A stretch of DNA of 64,000 bases from Nitrospirota bacterium (GCA_963721805.1 CAVRJY010000002.1:1-64000); one strand, 5' to 3'; shown: positions 21,899-33,113, numbered from the stretch's first letter. Notes: generated by a model not told the origin, from the sequence alone. Numbers and translations are program-made.

Positions 21899-22660
21899 AT
21901 GTCAACAGGAGTTTCAGGAGGAGTGAACGGGGGAAATAACCCATGGCAGACGATGAAGAGTGACATGCAGACCGTAATGCAGGCACTGAGTTCATCTCAG
22001 AACAATCAGACTTCGAATTCCAGTACAAGCGGTGGCGACACGGTCACCATCTCGGCAGATGGACTTCAGAAGGCGCTCGCATCGCTTCAGACGGATATCT
22101 CGAACATGCCTGGCATGTCTTCTTCTCAGGGTGCCTCAACCAACGGCAGCTCAAGCAACAACCCCATGCAGAAACTGAGCAGCGATATCACGACCCTTCA
22201 GACCGCGATGCAGTCTGGCGACCAGAGCCAGATTCAGAGCGCAGAGACGACAGTGTCTAACGACATGTCGGGTATGACGAAGGGGCATGGCCATCACCAC
22301 CACGGCGGCGGCAAGGGATCTCAGGGCGCTGACGGAAACAGTGTCTCGCTCAGCTCTCTGGTTGACGCCATCAACTCTGCGAGCGGCAAGCAGTCCTCTG
22401 ATTCCACATCATCGAGTAGCTCGTCTTCAAGCGCCTCTAACAGCACGACATACGACGTTAAGGACACGAACAAAGACGGTACTGTTTCGACAGCCGAGGA
22501 ACTCGCTTACGACCTTAAGAACGGAACCGGGAGCCTATCTGCCAGCGATGTGGCCAATGTTATCATCAAAACTATAGAGCAGGATGCGCAGCAGGCTAGC
22601 AGCACTCAGTCCACGAACTCAGGTTCCACCGGGGTTGCGGCTACAGGTGTTTCCGCCTGA
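21899..22660 (+). CDS. Ser/Gln-rich low-complexity protein with His tract and EF-hand-like loop
   Basis: AAGGAGG RBS; DTVTIS, GHGHHHHGG, DTNKDGTVSTAEE. Confidence 0.7.
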   Translation: MSTGVSGGVNGGNNPWQTMKSDMQTVMQALSSSQNNQTSNSSTSGGDTVTISADGLQKALASLQTDISNMPGMSSSQGASTNGSSSNNPMQKLSSDITTLQTAMQSGDQSQIQSAETTVSNDMSGMTKGHGHHHHGGGKGSQGADGNSVSLSSLVDAINSASGKQSSDSTSSSSSSSSASNSTTYDVKDTNKDGTVSTAEELAYDLKNGTGSLSASDVANVIIKTIEQDAQQASSTQSTNSGSTGVAATGVSA

Positions 22661-22862
22661 TCGTAGCATTGCAGCCAGAGTACATAGCTGACCGCTATAA
22701 GATCCGCAAGCGAGGATGACGAGGGAGTGTAAAAGCCCTCGTCGTTCCTGCGTGCAATGTCTCAGCATGTGTTAATCGGGCCATCGTATCGTCCTTAATG
22801 TCCGATTAGGCCCCTATGTGGGTCATTATTGCATGCTGATTAACTAGGGTTTTAAGTTCTCT

Positions 22863-22889
22863 TAAGGTTTAAGCTGAACCCTCCGATAT
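22863..22889 (+). promoter_or_regulatory. Sigma-28 (FliA)-type promoter
   Basis: TAAGGTTT-N11-TCCGATAT versus consensus TAAAGTTT-N11-GCCGATAA. Confidence 0.55.
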
Positions 22890-22930
22890 GTTCATCAATG
22901 CCGACGAACACATATGACAGGAGGATGTAT

Positions 22931-23311
22931 ATGCAGGACACACTGTCTGTTGAAATGACGAACGATGAGATTGAATCTTTGAGTGAAGACGATAGAGTTT
23001 ATACAGTCGGACTGCTGCTTGACGGTGCAATAAACTTCGTACAGAGGTCTCGGGCCGAACTAAGTATTGGTAATATTAATGGTAAGGTCAAGTACATTGA
23101 CAAGGCTACCTCAATAATTAAATACCTCTCAGATGTCATCATCATGGAGGGTGGTATCGTTTCCTCAGAGAATCTCAAGAATCTTTGTTCATTCGTTATG
23201 GATAAGCTCTTTGACGCAAACGTGAATAACAACGAAATAGCATATGACGATGTTGAGCGTATTCTGTTCGTCCTCAGGAACACATGGTACGAAATGGTGG
23301 AGGCTCAGTAA
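22931..23311 (+). CDS. FliS-like flagellar chaperone paralog
   Basis: LLLDGAINF...KYIDKA..II..L...EGGIVSSENL..L..F....L..AN...V..IL..LR.TW. Confidence 0.7.
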   Translation: MQDTLSVEMTNDEIESLSEDDRVYTVGLLLDGAINFVQRSRAELSIGNINGKVKYIDKATSIIKYLSDVIIMEGGIVSSENLKNLCSFVMDKLFDANVNNNEIAYDDVERILFVLRNTWYEMVEAQ

Positions 23312-23545
23312 CTTTTTACGGTCCCTATTCCCAAGAAATCAAAATGAAAGGGGGCTGATCAGGCCTTTTTTATTTAATAAAGCACCGATTACCCTGCCGA
23401 AATTCATGTCTTTATGCCCTCGCCACAAGAAATATGCTTGATATTCAATAGGATAGGTACGGATAGGCTGTCCATCCCGTGGCCCAGAAAAAAATTACAA
23501 ACAAAGGTGCTCCCAACAAAAAGGAAAAAGGAGCATTAGAAGACC

Positions 23546-24883
23546 ATGCGAGCAGTGAGATTAGAGAATTCATTAGTAGTGCCAGTATCTGAAGCCTTGA
23601 CAGTATCCCAACCAGAGAGGGACAATACAAATATATCGGTCTGGGGGTTTTCATTGATAAACATAAGAGCAAAGGGCAAGTGTCCTATCTGTAATAAGGC
23701 GTTCAAGGCGGACAAGAAATTTGGCTTTTTCTGTCCAGAGCATATGACTACGCCACAACGCTTCCAGATTGATTTCAGATATAAGAGTGAAAGGATACGA
23801 AGAGAAACCACGTTCGATGGGCGTCCCTTAAAATCTTTTGCTGAAGCATATGCATTGCTAAAGCAAGCTGAGAATGAAATCGCAGCACATAGGTTTGATC
23901 CTTCAAGGTGGTCCAGTAAGGAACGTTTTGAGTTTCGATTTGACAACCTTATTATGCGCTGGTATCAGGAGAAGGAAATCCTTATGAAGCAAGGGAAACT
24001 TGCTCCATCATATGTCCCAAAATTGATGACTTACATAAAACATTATTTCATGCCCGAGTTTGCATTGAAAGATGCTCGTGAAATAACCTCGGTAGATATC
24101 AAGGGATTTTACCTTACCCTTCCTGCAAAGGGATTGAAGGGGATACTTTCATTGAAATACCAAAAGAATGTTATGAATGCCCTTGAGGGTTTCTTTAACT
24201 GGCTACATGATCTTGATGTTATTGTTCAAATGCCTAAGTTCCAAAGGATTGAAGTGCCAGAACACGAGCCTATATTGATATCATCTCAGGAGCAAGCAAT
24301 GATCATGGCCTATATACCTGCGGAGCATAAACCGATCTTTGCATTCCTATTTAATCAGGGGTGCAGACCATCTGAAGTTAGAGCATTAAAGTGGATTGAC
24401 ATTGATCTCGTTAATGATCTGGTTACAATCAGAAGAACGTTCTCAGCTCATACATTGGTAAACCACACAAAAACCAAGAAGATTCGCCCAAATTATCTGT
24501 TCCCTGAAACGAAGGCACATCTCCCTGTACTTCCCGGACCAATTGAGTGGTGCAAAGACAGGTTTGTTTTTACGCACGGTAAAACCATGATAAGACCATA
24601 TTCTGATAATCTAATCCATAAGATATATAACACAGCACTAGACGCACTTGAGCAAGCAACTGGAATCAAAATAGACTCGCCACTTTATGAGGCAACGAAG
24701 TATAGTTTTGGGACGAACATGGTTAACGATTTTGATGTCCCAACTGATGTGGTTCAGGTGCATTATGGACATACGTCTAAGGCTATGACACAGCGGTATG
24801 CGAAGCTAAATGCAGCTGCTGCACTGAAGAAGGCGGTCACCAAACGGTCACCAACCCCTCTGGACACCGCTGCAAACGACTGA
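23546..24883 (+). CDS. Tyrosine integrase with N-terminal Zn-finger-like motif
   Basis: GCRPSEVRAL.W.DID, TKT, YGH...MTQRYA; adjacent to a tRNA fragment; true start may be later (about 23654). Confidence 0.9.
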   Translation: MRAVRLENSLVVPVSEALTVSQPERDNTNISVWGFSLINIRAKGKCPICNKAFKADKKFGFFCPEHMTTPQRFQIDFRYKSERIRRETTFDGRPLKSFAEAYALLKQAENEIAAHRFDPSRWSSKERFEFRFDNLIMRWYQEKEILMKQGKLAPSYVPKLMTYIKHYFMPEFALKDAREITSVDIKGFYLTLPAKGLKGILSLKYQKNVMNALEGFFNWLHDLDVIVQMPKFQRIEVPEHEPILISSQEQAMIMAYIPAEHKPIFAFLFNQGCRPSEVRALKWIDIDLVNDLVTIRRTFSAHTLVNHTKTKKIRPNYLFPETKAHLPVLPGPIEWCKDRFVFTHGKTMIRPYSDNLIHKIYNTALDALEQATGIKIDSPLYEATKYSFGTNMVNDFDVPTDVVQVHYGHTSKAMTQRYAKLNAAAALKKAVTKRSPTPLDTAAND

Positions 24884-24903
24884 TAAATAAGGATTATTCA
24901 GTC

Positions 24904-24934
24904 GGCTCCGTGGGTTCGAATCCCACCTCCTCCG
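24904..24934 (+). mobile_element. att site: 3' fragment of a tRNA (Ser-like)
   Basis: GGCTCCGTGGGTTCGAATCCCACCTCCTCCG is a T-arm plus acceptor strand with no 5' half or CCA, 20 bp after the integrase. Confidence 0.8.
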
Positions 24935-25262
24935 TATCACTTTATTGTTATTATTCGATAGGTTAACCCTAAAAACACCCCCAAAATGTCGATCCGGTTT
25001 CGATCCGGTATGTTGGTTATATATGCTTAATAATTAGCCCTGTAAAGGTGATGAGAGCAAATCGGTTAAAGGGCTACAAGGGGTACCTTGACGCATACGG
25101 TTACTATGAAGATACACACCTCTAATGCCGAGCCCGAGCCTTCCACATGGAGCCCTAAACACTATCCCCGTATTTTACGAAGATTTTACACCATTGCTTC
25201 CTGTTTTGACACCTATTTTACGTTATTTCGTGATAGGATTTTAACAGGAGGCGAGAACTGAA

Positions 25263-25376
25263 ATGGACATCGTCTTATTTGTCGCAACGCTGGGGTGTTT
25301 AGCACTCGTTTCGCATGGCCGAAGGGTCATGGCTCTAAGAGAGACAAAACAATCAATCAGGAGGACACGTAGATGA
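25263..25376 (+). CDS. Small hydrophobic peptide, paralog of 26713-26793
   Basis: MDIVLFVATLGCLAL..., AGGAGG upstream, ATGA overlap with the porin gene. Confidence 0.45.
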   Translation: MDIVLFVATLGCLALVSHGRRVMALRETKQSIRRTRR

Positions 25377-26161
25377 CGAAGAGGTTGACGAGTTTGTTTT
25401 TAAGCATGCTGCTGGTTCTGGCTGCTGCTGGTGTTGCGTTGGCTGACGAGGCGGCCCCGGCAGCCGCCCCGGCGATACCCACATCCGCAACGGCATCGGT
25501 AAGCTACATGAGCGAGTACGTATGGAGGGGTCTCGTCCAGACCAACGCTGCGGGGGTCATCCAGCCCTCGATAGACTTCAACTACGGCGGGTTCAACGCC
25601 AACCTCTGGTCGAGCTACAACCTCGGCCACAGTGTCCAGCAGATGACCGAGACGGACCTCACGCTGAAGTACACGTACTCGATCAAGGACCTCAGCCTGA
25701 GCGCGGGCTATATCTACTATGGCACGCAACCCCTCAACGACGAGGAGGCGTTCGTCTCGGCCTCTTACGCGACGATCCTGAACCCTAGCATCACCTACTA
25801 TCAGGATCTCCGCCTCGGCCACGGCGGCGGCTTCGCGGTGCTCGCCCTGAACCAGACGAGCCCGGAACTCTGGCACGGGATCACTGTGGGCGGCGGGCTC
25901 TCGGCCGGGTATGACTACAATGATTTCGCGATGGGACTTACGAAGGACGGCAAGAAGTATGCTGGCTTCTACAACGGTGAGCTCACGACCTTCATAAACT
26001 TTCCTGTGACGAAGGCCATCTCGATAAAGCCCTCACTGACGTACGATTTCCCTCTTACCAAGGATGCCAGCTATATAATGAAGACCGACTCGCAGGCGAC
26101 TGCCCACAACGACCACAACTCGGTCCTATGGGGCGGCGTGACCGTTGCGGTGGCGTTCTAA
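25373..26161 (+). CDS. Putative outer-membrane beta-barrel porin (TorF/TIGR02001-like)
   Basis: Signal peptide, SEYVWRG, QPS, ETDLT, GYIYY, terminal Phe. Confidence 0.75.
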   Translation: MTKRLTSLFLSMLLVLAAAGVALADEAAPAAAPAIPTSATASVSYMSEYVWRGLVQTNAAGVIQPSIDFNYGGFNANLWSSYNLGHSVQQMTETDLTLKYTYSIKDLSLSAGYIYYGTQPLNDEEAFVSASYATILNPSITYYQDLRLGHGGGFAVLALNQTSPELWHGITVGGGLSAGYDYNDFAMGLTKDGKKYAGFYNGELTTFINFPVTKAISIKPSLTYDFPLTKDASYIMKTDSQATAHNDHNSVLWGGVTVAVAF

Positions 26162-26285
26162 TACATAGGCTTCTTCTTGACTCCCCCCGCCCGGCTACCT
26201 ACGACCGGAGCGGGGGGAGCCTCTCCTGGTTGAGGCGAAACAGAGAGCGTGGGGCGCTGCATTACCTAACCATGAGGAGCGCATT

Positions 26286-26495
26286 ATGACACTGACAGAT
26301 AAAATCAAAGAAGTCGAAAAGGCTGAAATAATTCAAGCTCTCAAGGAATGCGATGGGTGCCGGGCAAAAACAGCACGGCAACTCGGTATCACAGAAAGAA
26401 TGGTCGGATACAAAATAAAGAAATATGGGATTCAAATAAAACACGAGATATCCGTGGTCATATGTGATCAACAAGGAGAACCCAAAGAGCACTGA
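26286..26495 (+). CDS. Stand-alone Fis-type HTH protein resembling the NifA C-terminus
   Basis: VEKAEIIQAL...ARQLGITERMVGYKIKKYGI; GAGGAG RBS. Confidence 0.7.
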   Translation: MTLTDKIKEVEKAEIIQALKECDGCRAKTARQLGITERMVGYKIKKYGIQIKHEISVVICDQQGEPKEH

Positions 26496-26712
26496 AAAGG
26501 GCGAATAAAGGCTTCTTCCCCTCCCCCCCCGGCAACGATCCCCGACGTTTCGTTGCCGGGGGGTCTCCTATTGCAAGAGGACATCTATGCACAGAATTAG
26601 GCTGTTGTAAATAACATCAAAAACATACGAAACATTTACACCTTGGAGGCTCATTTATGCAGTACTTTTACACTGTTTCGTGATAGGCTTGAATATGGAG
26701 GTGGACAACGAC

Positions 26713-26793
26713 ATGGACATCGTATTTGTAGGGGCAACACTGGGGTGCTTCGCACTCACGGGCTTGATGGTCAGGCTCTTCGGAAAGCTGTAA
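26713..26793 (+). CDS. 26-aa membrane peptide upstream of kdpF
   Basis: GGAGG RBS; MDIVFVGATLGCFALTGLMVRLFGKL. Confidence 0.55.
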   Translation: MDIVFVGATLGCFALTGLMVRLFGKL

Positions 26794-26807
26794 GAGGAGG
26801 ACAAGGC

Positions 26808-26900
26808 ATGGACATTCTGTATTGGATTGGCGGGGTGATTTCCACGGGGCTTCTGGTGTATCTGTTCGTGGCGCTTCTGAAGCCGGAGATATTCTCATGA
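26808..26900 (+). CDS. kdpF: K+-transporting ATPase subunit F
   Basis: MDILYWIGGVISTGLLVYLFVALLKPEIFS; AGGAGG RBS. Confidence 0.9.
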   Translation: MDILYWIGGVISTGLLVYLFVALLKPEIFS

Positions 26901-26959
26901 CAACGAACCTGATGTTCTATCTGCTTATAGCGTTGCTAAAGCCGGGGATATTCTCATGA
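26897..26959 (+). CDS. Second KdpF-like 20-aa mini-ORF
   Basis: [24 protein letters not shown] overlaps with both kdpF and kdpA. Confidence 0.5.
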   Translation: MTTNLMFYLLIALLKPGIFS

Positions 26960-28767
26960 CAACAAACATGATGATACAGATGGCAATTTACGTGGCCGTG
27001 CTCGTGGCGTTCGTCAAGCCGCTCGGGGCCTATATGGCCAAGGTATACATGGGTGAACCCTTCGCGCTGGGTCGGGTGCTTGGTCCGGTGGAGCGGCTTA
27101 TATACAAAGTATGTCTCGTTAAATCCGATGAGGAGATGACGTGGCAGCGCTATGCCGCATCGCTTCTGTGGTTCAGCCTGTTTGGGGTGCTCGCGGTCTA
27201 TCTCATCCAGCGCATGCAGTCCTTCCTGCCGCTTAACCCGGCGGCAATGGCGGCTGTATCGCCTGACTCATCGTTTAACACCGCGATCAGCTTCGTGACC
27301 AACACGAACTGGCAGGGCTATGGCGGAGAGAGCACAATGAGCTATCTCACACAGATGGCGGCGCTAGGCGTCCAGAACTTCCTCTCGGCCGCATCGGCTA
27401 TGGCCGTGATGGTGGCGCTCATCCGTGGTATCACGCGCCACACCTCGAAGACTATAGGAAACTTCTGGGTAGACCTTACGCGCTCGACTGTCTACATACT
27501 GCTTCCGCTCTCGATAATCTTCGCGCTGGTGCTGGTATCACAGGGCGTCGTCCAGAATTTCAGCGATTATAAGAAGGTCCAGATGGTCGAGACCGTGACG
27601 TACGATAACCCCAAGAATGACGATCAGGGCAATCCTATAAAGGATGCCTCCGGTAACCCGGTGACAGAGAAAGCGACCCTCAAGGAGCAGACTATCCCGA
27701 TGGGGCCTGCCGCATCCCAGATAGCCATAAAACAGTTGGGAACGAACGGTGGCGGTTATTTCAATGTGAACTCCGCGCACCCGTTTGAGAACCCGACCGC
27801 TTTATCCAATTTCCTTGAGATGCTCGCGATACTGCTTATAGGCGCGGCCCTGTGTTATACGTTTGGCCGCATGGTGAATGACAAACGGCAGGGTTGGGCG
27901 CTATTGGCCGCGATGCTCATTATATTCATCCCGCTCCTGCTGTTTACGGGCTATATCGAGCAGCAGGGCAACCCGCAGTTCTCCTCTATCGCAAGCATCG
28001 ACCAGTCGGCCAATGCCATGCAGTCCGGCGGCAACATGGAGGGCAAGGAGGTGCGCTTCGGCATAGCCTCCTCGGCCACATGGGCCGTCGCGACCACGTC
28101 CGCGTCCAACGGCTCGGTAAACTCAATGCATGACTCCTATACGCCGCTTGGCGGGCTGGTGCCGATGTTCCTAATGCAGCTTGGCGAGGTCGTATTCGGC
28201 GGCCTGGGCTGCGGTCTGTATGGGATGCTGATGTTCGTCCTGTTGACCGTATTTATCGCGGGCCTGATGGTCGGGCGAACACCCGAATATCTCGGCAAGA
28301 AGATCGAGTCCTTTGAGATGAAGATGGCCTCGCTGACTATACTGATACCTGCCGCGCTGACACTGGTGGGAACGGCGATAGCCTCTATAGCCGAGGCTGG
28401 TGTGGCCGGGGTCGCCAATCCGGGGCCGCACGGTTTTTCAGAGATACTATATGCATTCAGCTCGGCCACTGGCAATAACGGGAGCGCATTTGCGGGCCTC
28501 AGCGCGAATACGGTGTTCTATAACTCGATCCTCGGGTTCGTGATGTTCATGTCCAGGTTCGGGGTCATTATCCCGGTGCTAGGGATAGCAGGCTCGCTGG
28601 CCGCCAAGAAGTACGTCCCGGCAAGCTCCGGCACGCTGCCCACCCACACGCCGCTGTTCGTGACGTTCCTGGTGGCCGTGATAATAATTATCGGTGCCCT
28701 GACGTTCCTGCCTTCACTGGCGCTGGGGCCGATAGCCGAGCAGATGCTCGCAGGGATAGGGAGGTAA
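26956..28767 (+). CDS. kdpA: K+-transporting ATPase subunit A
   Basis: [32 protein letters not shown]. Confidence 0.97.
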   Translation: MTTNMMIQMAIYVAVLVAFVKPLGAYMAKVYMGEPFALGRVLGPVERLIYKVCLVKSDEEMTWQRYAASLLWFSLFGVLAVYLIQRMQSFLPLNPAAMAAVSPDSSFNTAISFVTNTNWQGYGGESTMSYLTQMAALGVQNFLSAASAMAVMVALIRGITRHTSKTIGNFWVDLTRSTVYILLPLSIIFALVLVSQGVVQNFSDYKKVQMVETVTYDNPKNDDQGNPIKDASGNPVTEKATLKEQTIPMGPAASQIAIKQLGTNGGGYFNVNSAHPFENPTALSNFLEMLAILLIGAALCYTFGRMVNDKRQGWALLAAMLIIFIPLLLFTGYIEQQGNPQFSSIASIDQSANAMQSGGNMEGKEVRFGIASSATWAVATTSASNGSVNSMHDSYTPLGGLVPMFLMQLGEVVFGGLGCGLYGMLMFVLLTVFIAGLMVGRTPEYLGKKIESFEMKMASLTILIPAALTLVGTAIASIAEAGVAGVANPGPHGFSEILYAFSSATGNNGSAFAGLSANTVFYNSILGFVMFMSRFGVIIPVLGIAGSLAAKKYVPASSGTLPTHTPLFVTFLVAVIIIIGALTFLPSLALGPIAEQMLAGIGR

Positions 28768-28772
28768 CCGAG

Positions 28773-30848
28773 ATGAGAAGAAAAGAGAAGAAATCGCGTC
28801 CGATATTCGACCCCGCCATAATGCGCAGGGCGATTATAGAGTCGTTTATTAAGCTGAACCCGCGCTATCAGATCAAGAAACCGGTGATGTTCGTGGTCGA
28901 GATCGGGAGTGTCCTGACTACTGGACTCTTCGTCCGGTCGCTGTTGTCGCCTGGGGCGGAATCCCCGACCTTCATATTGCTGGTATCGCTGTGGCTGTGG
29001 TTCACTGTGCTGTTTGCGAACTTTGCCGAGTCCATGGCCGAGGGTCGGGGCAAGGCGCAGGCCGAAACGCTGCGAGGCTCGCGCAAGGCCATCAACGCCA
29101 AGGTGATGAAGACTCCGGACCCCAAGGGGAAGGTCACACTCGTGCCATCTTCGAACCTTAAGAGGGGCGACATAGTGCTCATCGAGACGGGTGATGTCGT
29201 GCCCGGCGACGGCGAGGTAATCGTGGGCGTTGCCTCTGTCAACGAGAGCGCTATAACGGGCGAGAGTGCCCCGGTCATCCGTGAAAGCGGCGGGGACAGA
29301 AGCGCCGTAACCGGCGGTACGATAGTCCTGTCGGACTGGCTTGTCGTCAGGATCACGGCCAATCCCGGCGAGGCATTCATAGACCGCATGATCGCGATGG
29401 TCGAGGGCGCGAAGCGCCAGAAGACCCCCAACGAGATAGCGCTCGACATCCTGCTTGCAGGGCTTACAATCGTCTTCCTGCTTGCTACCGTCACGCTCCT
29501 GCCGTATTCGCTCTTCAGTGTGCATGCGGCAGGACAGGGGAGCCCGGTGACGATTACCACGCTCGCCGCGCTGCTCGTATGCCTGATCCCGACCACCATA
29601 GGCGGGCTGCTCTCCTCTATCGGCATAGCCGGTATGGATCGCATGATCCAGGCAAACGTTATAGCGATGTCAGGCCGCGCGGTCGAGGCTGCCGGAGATG
29701 TAGACGTGCTGCTTCTGGATAAGACCGGCACTATCACGTTCGGCAACCGGCAGGCCACCGCGTTCATACCAGCCATGGGCATCGATGAAAAGACACTGGC
29801 CGACGCAGCACAACTTTCGTCACTTGCGGATGAGACCCCCGAGGGCCGGAGCATAGTCGTGCTCGCGAAAGAGAAGTTCAATATACGTGAGCGCGATATC
29901 ATCGCTCTTAACGCCAAACTCGTGCCGTTTTCGGCGCAGACCCGGATGAGCGGCGTGGACCTTGGCAACCGTGAAATCCGCAAGGGCGCGGCGGACGCCA
30001 TCGAGCTGTATGTCAAGATGCAGGGCGGCGCATTTCCTGCTGAGGTTCAGGCCGCAGTGGATAAAATAGCAAAAGAGGGCGCAACTCCATTAGTCGTGGC
30101 CGATGGCAAGCGAGTGCTCGGTACTATACGGCTCAACGATATCGTAAAGGGCGGCATTAAGGAGAGGTTCGCCGAACTCCGCCGCATGGGTATCAGGACC
30201 GTGATGATAACGGGCGACAACCCGCTTACCGCCGCTGCCATCGCTGCCGAGGCCGGGGTGGATGACTTCCTTGCGCAGGCCACACCCGAGGCCAAGCTTA
30301 AGCTCATACGCGATCATCAGGCCGGTGGCCGCCTCGTGGCCATGACCGGTGACGGCACCAACGATGCCCCAGCGCTAGCTCAAGCCGACGTCGCTGTGGC
30401 GATGAACACCGGCACCCAAGCCGCAAAAGAGGCCGGAAACATGGTTGATCTGGACTCGAACCCGACCAAGCTGATCGAGATAGTCGAGATCGGAAAACAG
30501 CTCCTGATGACGCGCGGGACGCTCACCACGTTCAGCATCTCAAATGACGTGGCCAAGTATTTCGCGATACTCCCGGCGGCGTTCATTGCAACGTATCCGG
30601 CGTTAGGCAAGCTCAACATAATGCACCTGGCCACGCCTCAAAGCGCGATACTCTCGGCGGTCATCTTTAACGCCCTGATCATCGTATGCCTTATACCGTT
30701 GTCGCTTAAGGGCGTGAAGTACCGCGCAGTCGAGGCGGGCGCGCTGCTTAGGAACAATATCCTCATCTACGGCGTTGGCGGTCTGATCGTCCCGTTCATC
30801 GGGATCAAGGCCATTGACATGATAATCGGCGCTCTGCACATAGTCTAA
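28773..30848 (+). CDS. kdpB: K+-transporting ATPase subunit B
   Basis: [22 protein letters not shown]. Confidence 0.97.
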   Translation: MRRKEKKSRPIFDPAIMRRAIIESFIKLNPRYQIKKPVMFVVEIGSVLTTGLFVRSLLSPGAESPTFILLVSLWLWFTVLFANFAESMAEGRGKAQAETLRGSRKAINAKVMKTPDPKGKVTLVPSSNLKRGDIVLIETGDVVPGDGEVIVGVASVNESAITGESAPVIRESGGDRSAVTGGTIVLSDWLVVRITANPGEAFIDRMIAMVEGAKRQKTPNEIALDILLAGLTIVFLLATVTLLPYSLFSVHAAGQGSPVTITTLAALLVCLIPTTIGGLLSSIGIAGMDRMIQANVIAMSGRAVEAAGDVDVLLLDKTGTITFGNRQATAFIPAMGIDEKTLADAAQLSSLADETPEGRSIVVLAKEKFNIRERDIIALNAKLVPFSAQTRMSGVDLGNREIRKGAADAIELYVKMQGGAFPAEVQAAVDKIAKEGATPLVVADGKRVLGTIRLNDIVKGGIKERFAELRRMGIRTVMITGDNPLTAAAIAAEAGVDDFLAQATPEAKLKLIRDHQAGGRLVAMTGDGTNDAPALAQADVAVAMNTGTQAAKEAGNMVDLDSNPTKLIEIVEIGKQLLMTRGTLTTFSISNDVAKYFAILPAAFIATYPALGKLNIMHLATPQSAILSAVIFNALIIVCLIPLSLKGVKYRAVEAGALLRNNILIYGVGGLIVPFIGIKAIDMIIGALHIV

Positions 30849-30861
30849 AGGAGGCATACAG

Positions 30862-31425
30862 ATGGCTCGTACGATATTAACCGCACTGATTACATTGACG
30901 GTCTTCACTGTTCTGACCGGCATAATATACCCGCTTGCGGTGACCGGGATAGCGCAGGTCGCCTTTCCGGCGCAGGCAAACGGGAGCATGATCGTAAAGG
31001 ACAACGTCACGGTGGGCTCTGCCCTCATAGGGCAGCCCTTCAGCGACCCGAAGAATTTCTGGAGCCGTCCTTCGGCTACGGGACCTCAGCCATACAACGC
31101 CGGGTCGTCTTCGGGCTCGAACCTCGGGCAGTCGAACCCCGCACTCATCGACGCGGTAAAGGGTAGGGTTGCGGTTCTTAATGCCGCAGCTCCGGGTGTA
31201 CCGATCCCCGTGGATCTCGTAACCGCCTCGGCAAGCGGGCTCGATCCGCACATCAGCCCTGCGGCTGCCGAGTACCAGATAGGGCGTGTCGCAAAAGCGC
31301 GTGGCATCGATGAGGCCAAGCTCAGGGAGCTGATCCAGCAAAATACGGATGGACGGTTCATCGGGCTGCTTGGCGAGCCGGGGGTCAACGTTCTCAAGCT
31401 CAACCTCGCTCTGGACGGGCGATAA
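30862..31425 (+). CDS. kdpC: K+-transporting ATPase subunit C
   Basis: [29 protein letters not shown]. Confidence 0.97.
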   Translation: MARTILTALITLTVFTVLTGIIYPLAVTGIAQVAFPAQANGSMIVKDNVTVGSALIGQPFSDPKNFWSRPSATGPQPYNAGSSSGSNLGQSNPALIDAVKGRVAVLNAAAPGVPIPVDLVTASASGLDPHISPAAAEYQIGRVAKARGIDEAKLRELIQQNTDGRFIGLLGEPGVNVLKLNLALDGR

Positions 31426-31433
31426 GAGGAGAA

Positions 31434-31817
31434 ATGAATAGCAAGCTGTTTGGTGTGATGATGTTTTTACTGGTGCTTGGTTTTACAGTTGTTACGGCAA
31501 TTGGGACCTCATACCAGCCGCGCATCTATCACCACCTCGACATGTCCTCGCCCCTGAAGAAAGGGGATACGGTGTTTCTGTTTTACGGTGGCACGAATGA
31601 CGCAAGCGAGCTCATGCGTATTGGCGACATACTGCCAGTTTACCGCACTGACAAGACTTGTCAGTCTAAAGAGACGGGCAGGATTAAGGTAACGTCCTAT
31701 GTCGGCGACTATTACTTAAAAGCCGAAGTCACGGAAGGCGAGATTATTGCGGGAGATATTGCGCGTAAAGGGAAGGCGTCGTGCATCGTGATCCCAGTGG
31801 ACATATGCAGCCAGTGA
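31434..31817 (+). CDS. Exported hypothetical protein in the kdp operon
   Basis: N-terminal signal or TM segment; GAGGAG RBS. Confidence 0.65.
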   Translation: MNSKLFGVMMFLLVLGFTVVTAIGTSYQPRIYHHLDMSSPLKKGDTVFLFYGGTNDASELMRIGDILPVYRTDKTCQSKETGRIKVTSYVGDYYLKAEVTEGEIIAGDIARKGKASCIVIPVDICSQ

Positions 31818-31922
31818 AGACGGGGTTACTGTTAGGCAAAGCCAATGGAACGACGTCGTAGACCAGACGAGCAGCTGGCTAAGATAGGGCGATGAGGATC
31901 GCGCAATAGAAAGCGAAGAGTC

Positions 31923-32627
31923 ATGACCGACGACAAGGGTCTGATACTGCTGATTGAGGATGAGCTCCAGATGCGCCGGTTTCTGAGGATCACGCTTCAG
32001 GGCGAGGGCTACAGGCTTATCGAGGCCGCAACCGGAGCGGACGGCCTCCGCGAGGCTGCGATCAAGAACCCCTCGATAGTGTTGCTAGACCTTGGGCTGC
32101 CGGACATCGACGGCATCGAGGTTGCAAGGAAGCTCCGCGAGTGGAGTACCGTGCCGGTCATAGTAATTTCAGCACGTGGTCAGGAGGACGACAAGGTAAA
32201 GGCCCTCGATGCAGGTGCAAACGATTACCTTACTAAGCCTTTCGGGGTCGGTGAGCTGATGGCGAGAATACGGGTGGCCCTGCGGGGCGCGCTGACGGCC
32301 CCCGAGGAGTCGGTTTTCAACGTGGGAGGCCTGACGGTGGATCTCGCCAACCACCGAGTCACCGTCGATGGGGTCGATATGCACCTCACCCCGAAGGAAT
32401 TCAAGCTGCTTTCGGTGCTTGTGCGGCAAACGGGCAAGCTCGTCACGCACGGCCAGCTCATGAGGGAGGTCTGGGGACCGGATTATATGAACCAGACCCA
32501 TTATTTGAGGATATACATGGCGCAGCTACGACACAAGATTGAGCCTGATCCGGCGCGGCCTCGCTACTTCATCAACGAATCGGGCGTGGGCTACAAATTG
32601 TGCGAGGGGTCCAATGTTAAGCCTTAA
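31923..32627 (+). CDS. kdpE: OmpR-family response regulator KdpE
   Basis: LDLGLPD, KVKALDAGANDYLTKPF, HYLRIYMAQLRHKIEPDP. Confidence 0.92.
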   Translation: MTDDKGLILLIEDELQMRRFLRITLQGEGYRLIEAATGADGLREAAIKNPSIVLLDLGLPDIDGIEVARKLREWSTVPVIVISARGQEDDKVKALDAGANDYLTKPFGVGELMARIRVALRGALTAPEESVFNVGGLTVDLANHRVTVDGVDMHLTPKEFKLLSVLVRQTGKLVTHGQLMREVWGPDYMNQTHYLRIYMAQLRHKIEPDPARPRYFINESGVGYKLCEGSNVKP

Positions 32628-33113
32628 TTTGAGGTACAGTAAATAGGCGCGGGGATATAGTGCCAATCAAAGGCGATGATAGGCCAGTGATTAGAAGGCT
32701 TGTGGTGTCCATTCTGAACCCTCGGCTATCCTAGAGACGGTGGCGCAGCAATCCTCGCTTACCGTCTCAGACGGCACTGTAATATTCGCTGAGGCTGAAC
32801 TTCCGGCATACAATAACCGTAAACCTTCCCTTCTTTCTGCATCGCAAATGCTTGGCCTCGATATTGGAGGGTGTTATAATTTATCGATGAAGATGCATAG
32901 AGCGCTAAGGACCGGACCCTACCTTACGTTTTTAGCGACAGCAGTGATAGCTTTTACAGTCGATGTTCTCATGCCAGTCGCAGTAGGGCACCACGCATGG
33001 CATATATCCGGCATGTTACGCAAAAACCATGAAAGAAGGCGATGGAGAACCACCCAAGCCTCAGTGAATAACGGCAAGCTCCGCCTAACACAATATCGAT
33101 TGCTAGGACGGAA

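Larger units (their letters stand above)
1..24934. mobile_element. tRNA-integrated element (left end outside the window)
   Basis: Integrase and att at the right end, primase-helicase with iterons, defence cargo, visibly AT-rich. Confidence 0.7.

Noticed and set aside
24904..24934. Intact tRNA-Ser
   Set aside because: Only the T-arm and 3' acceptor strand are present.
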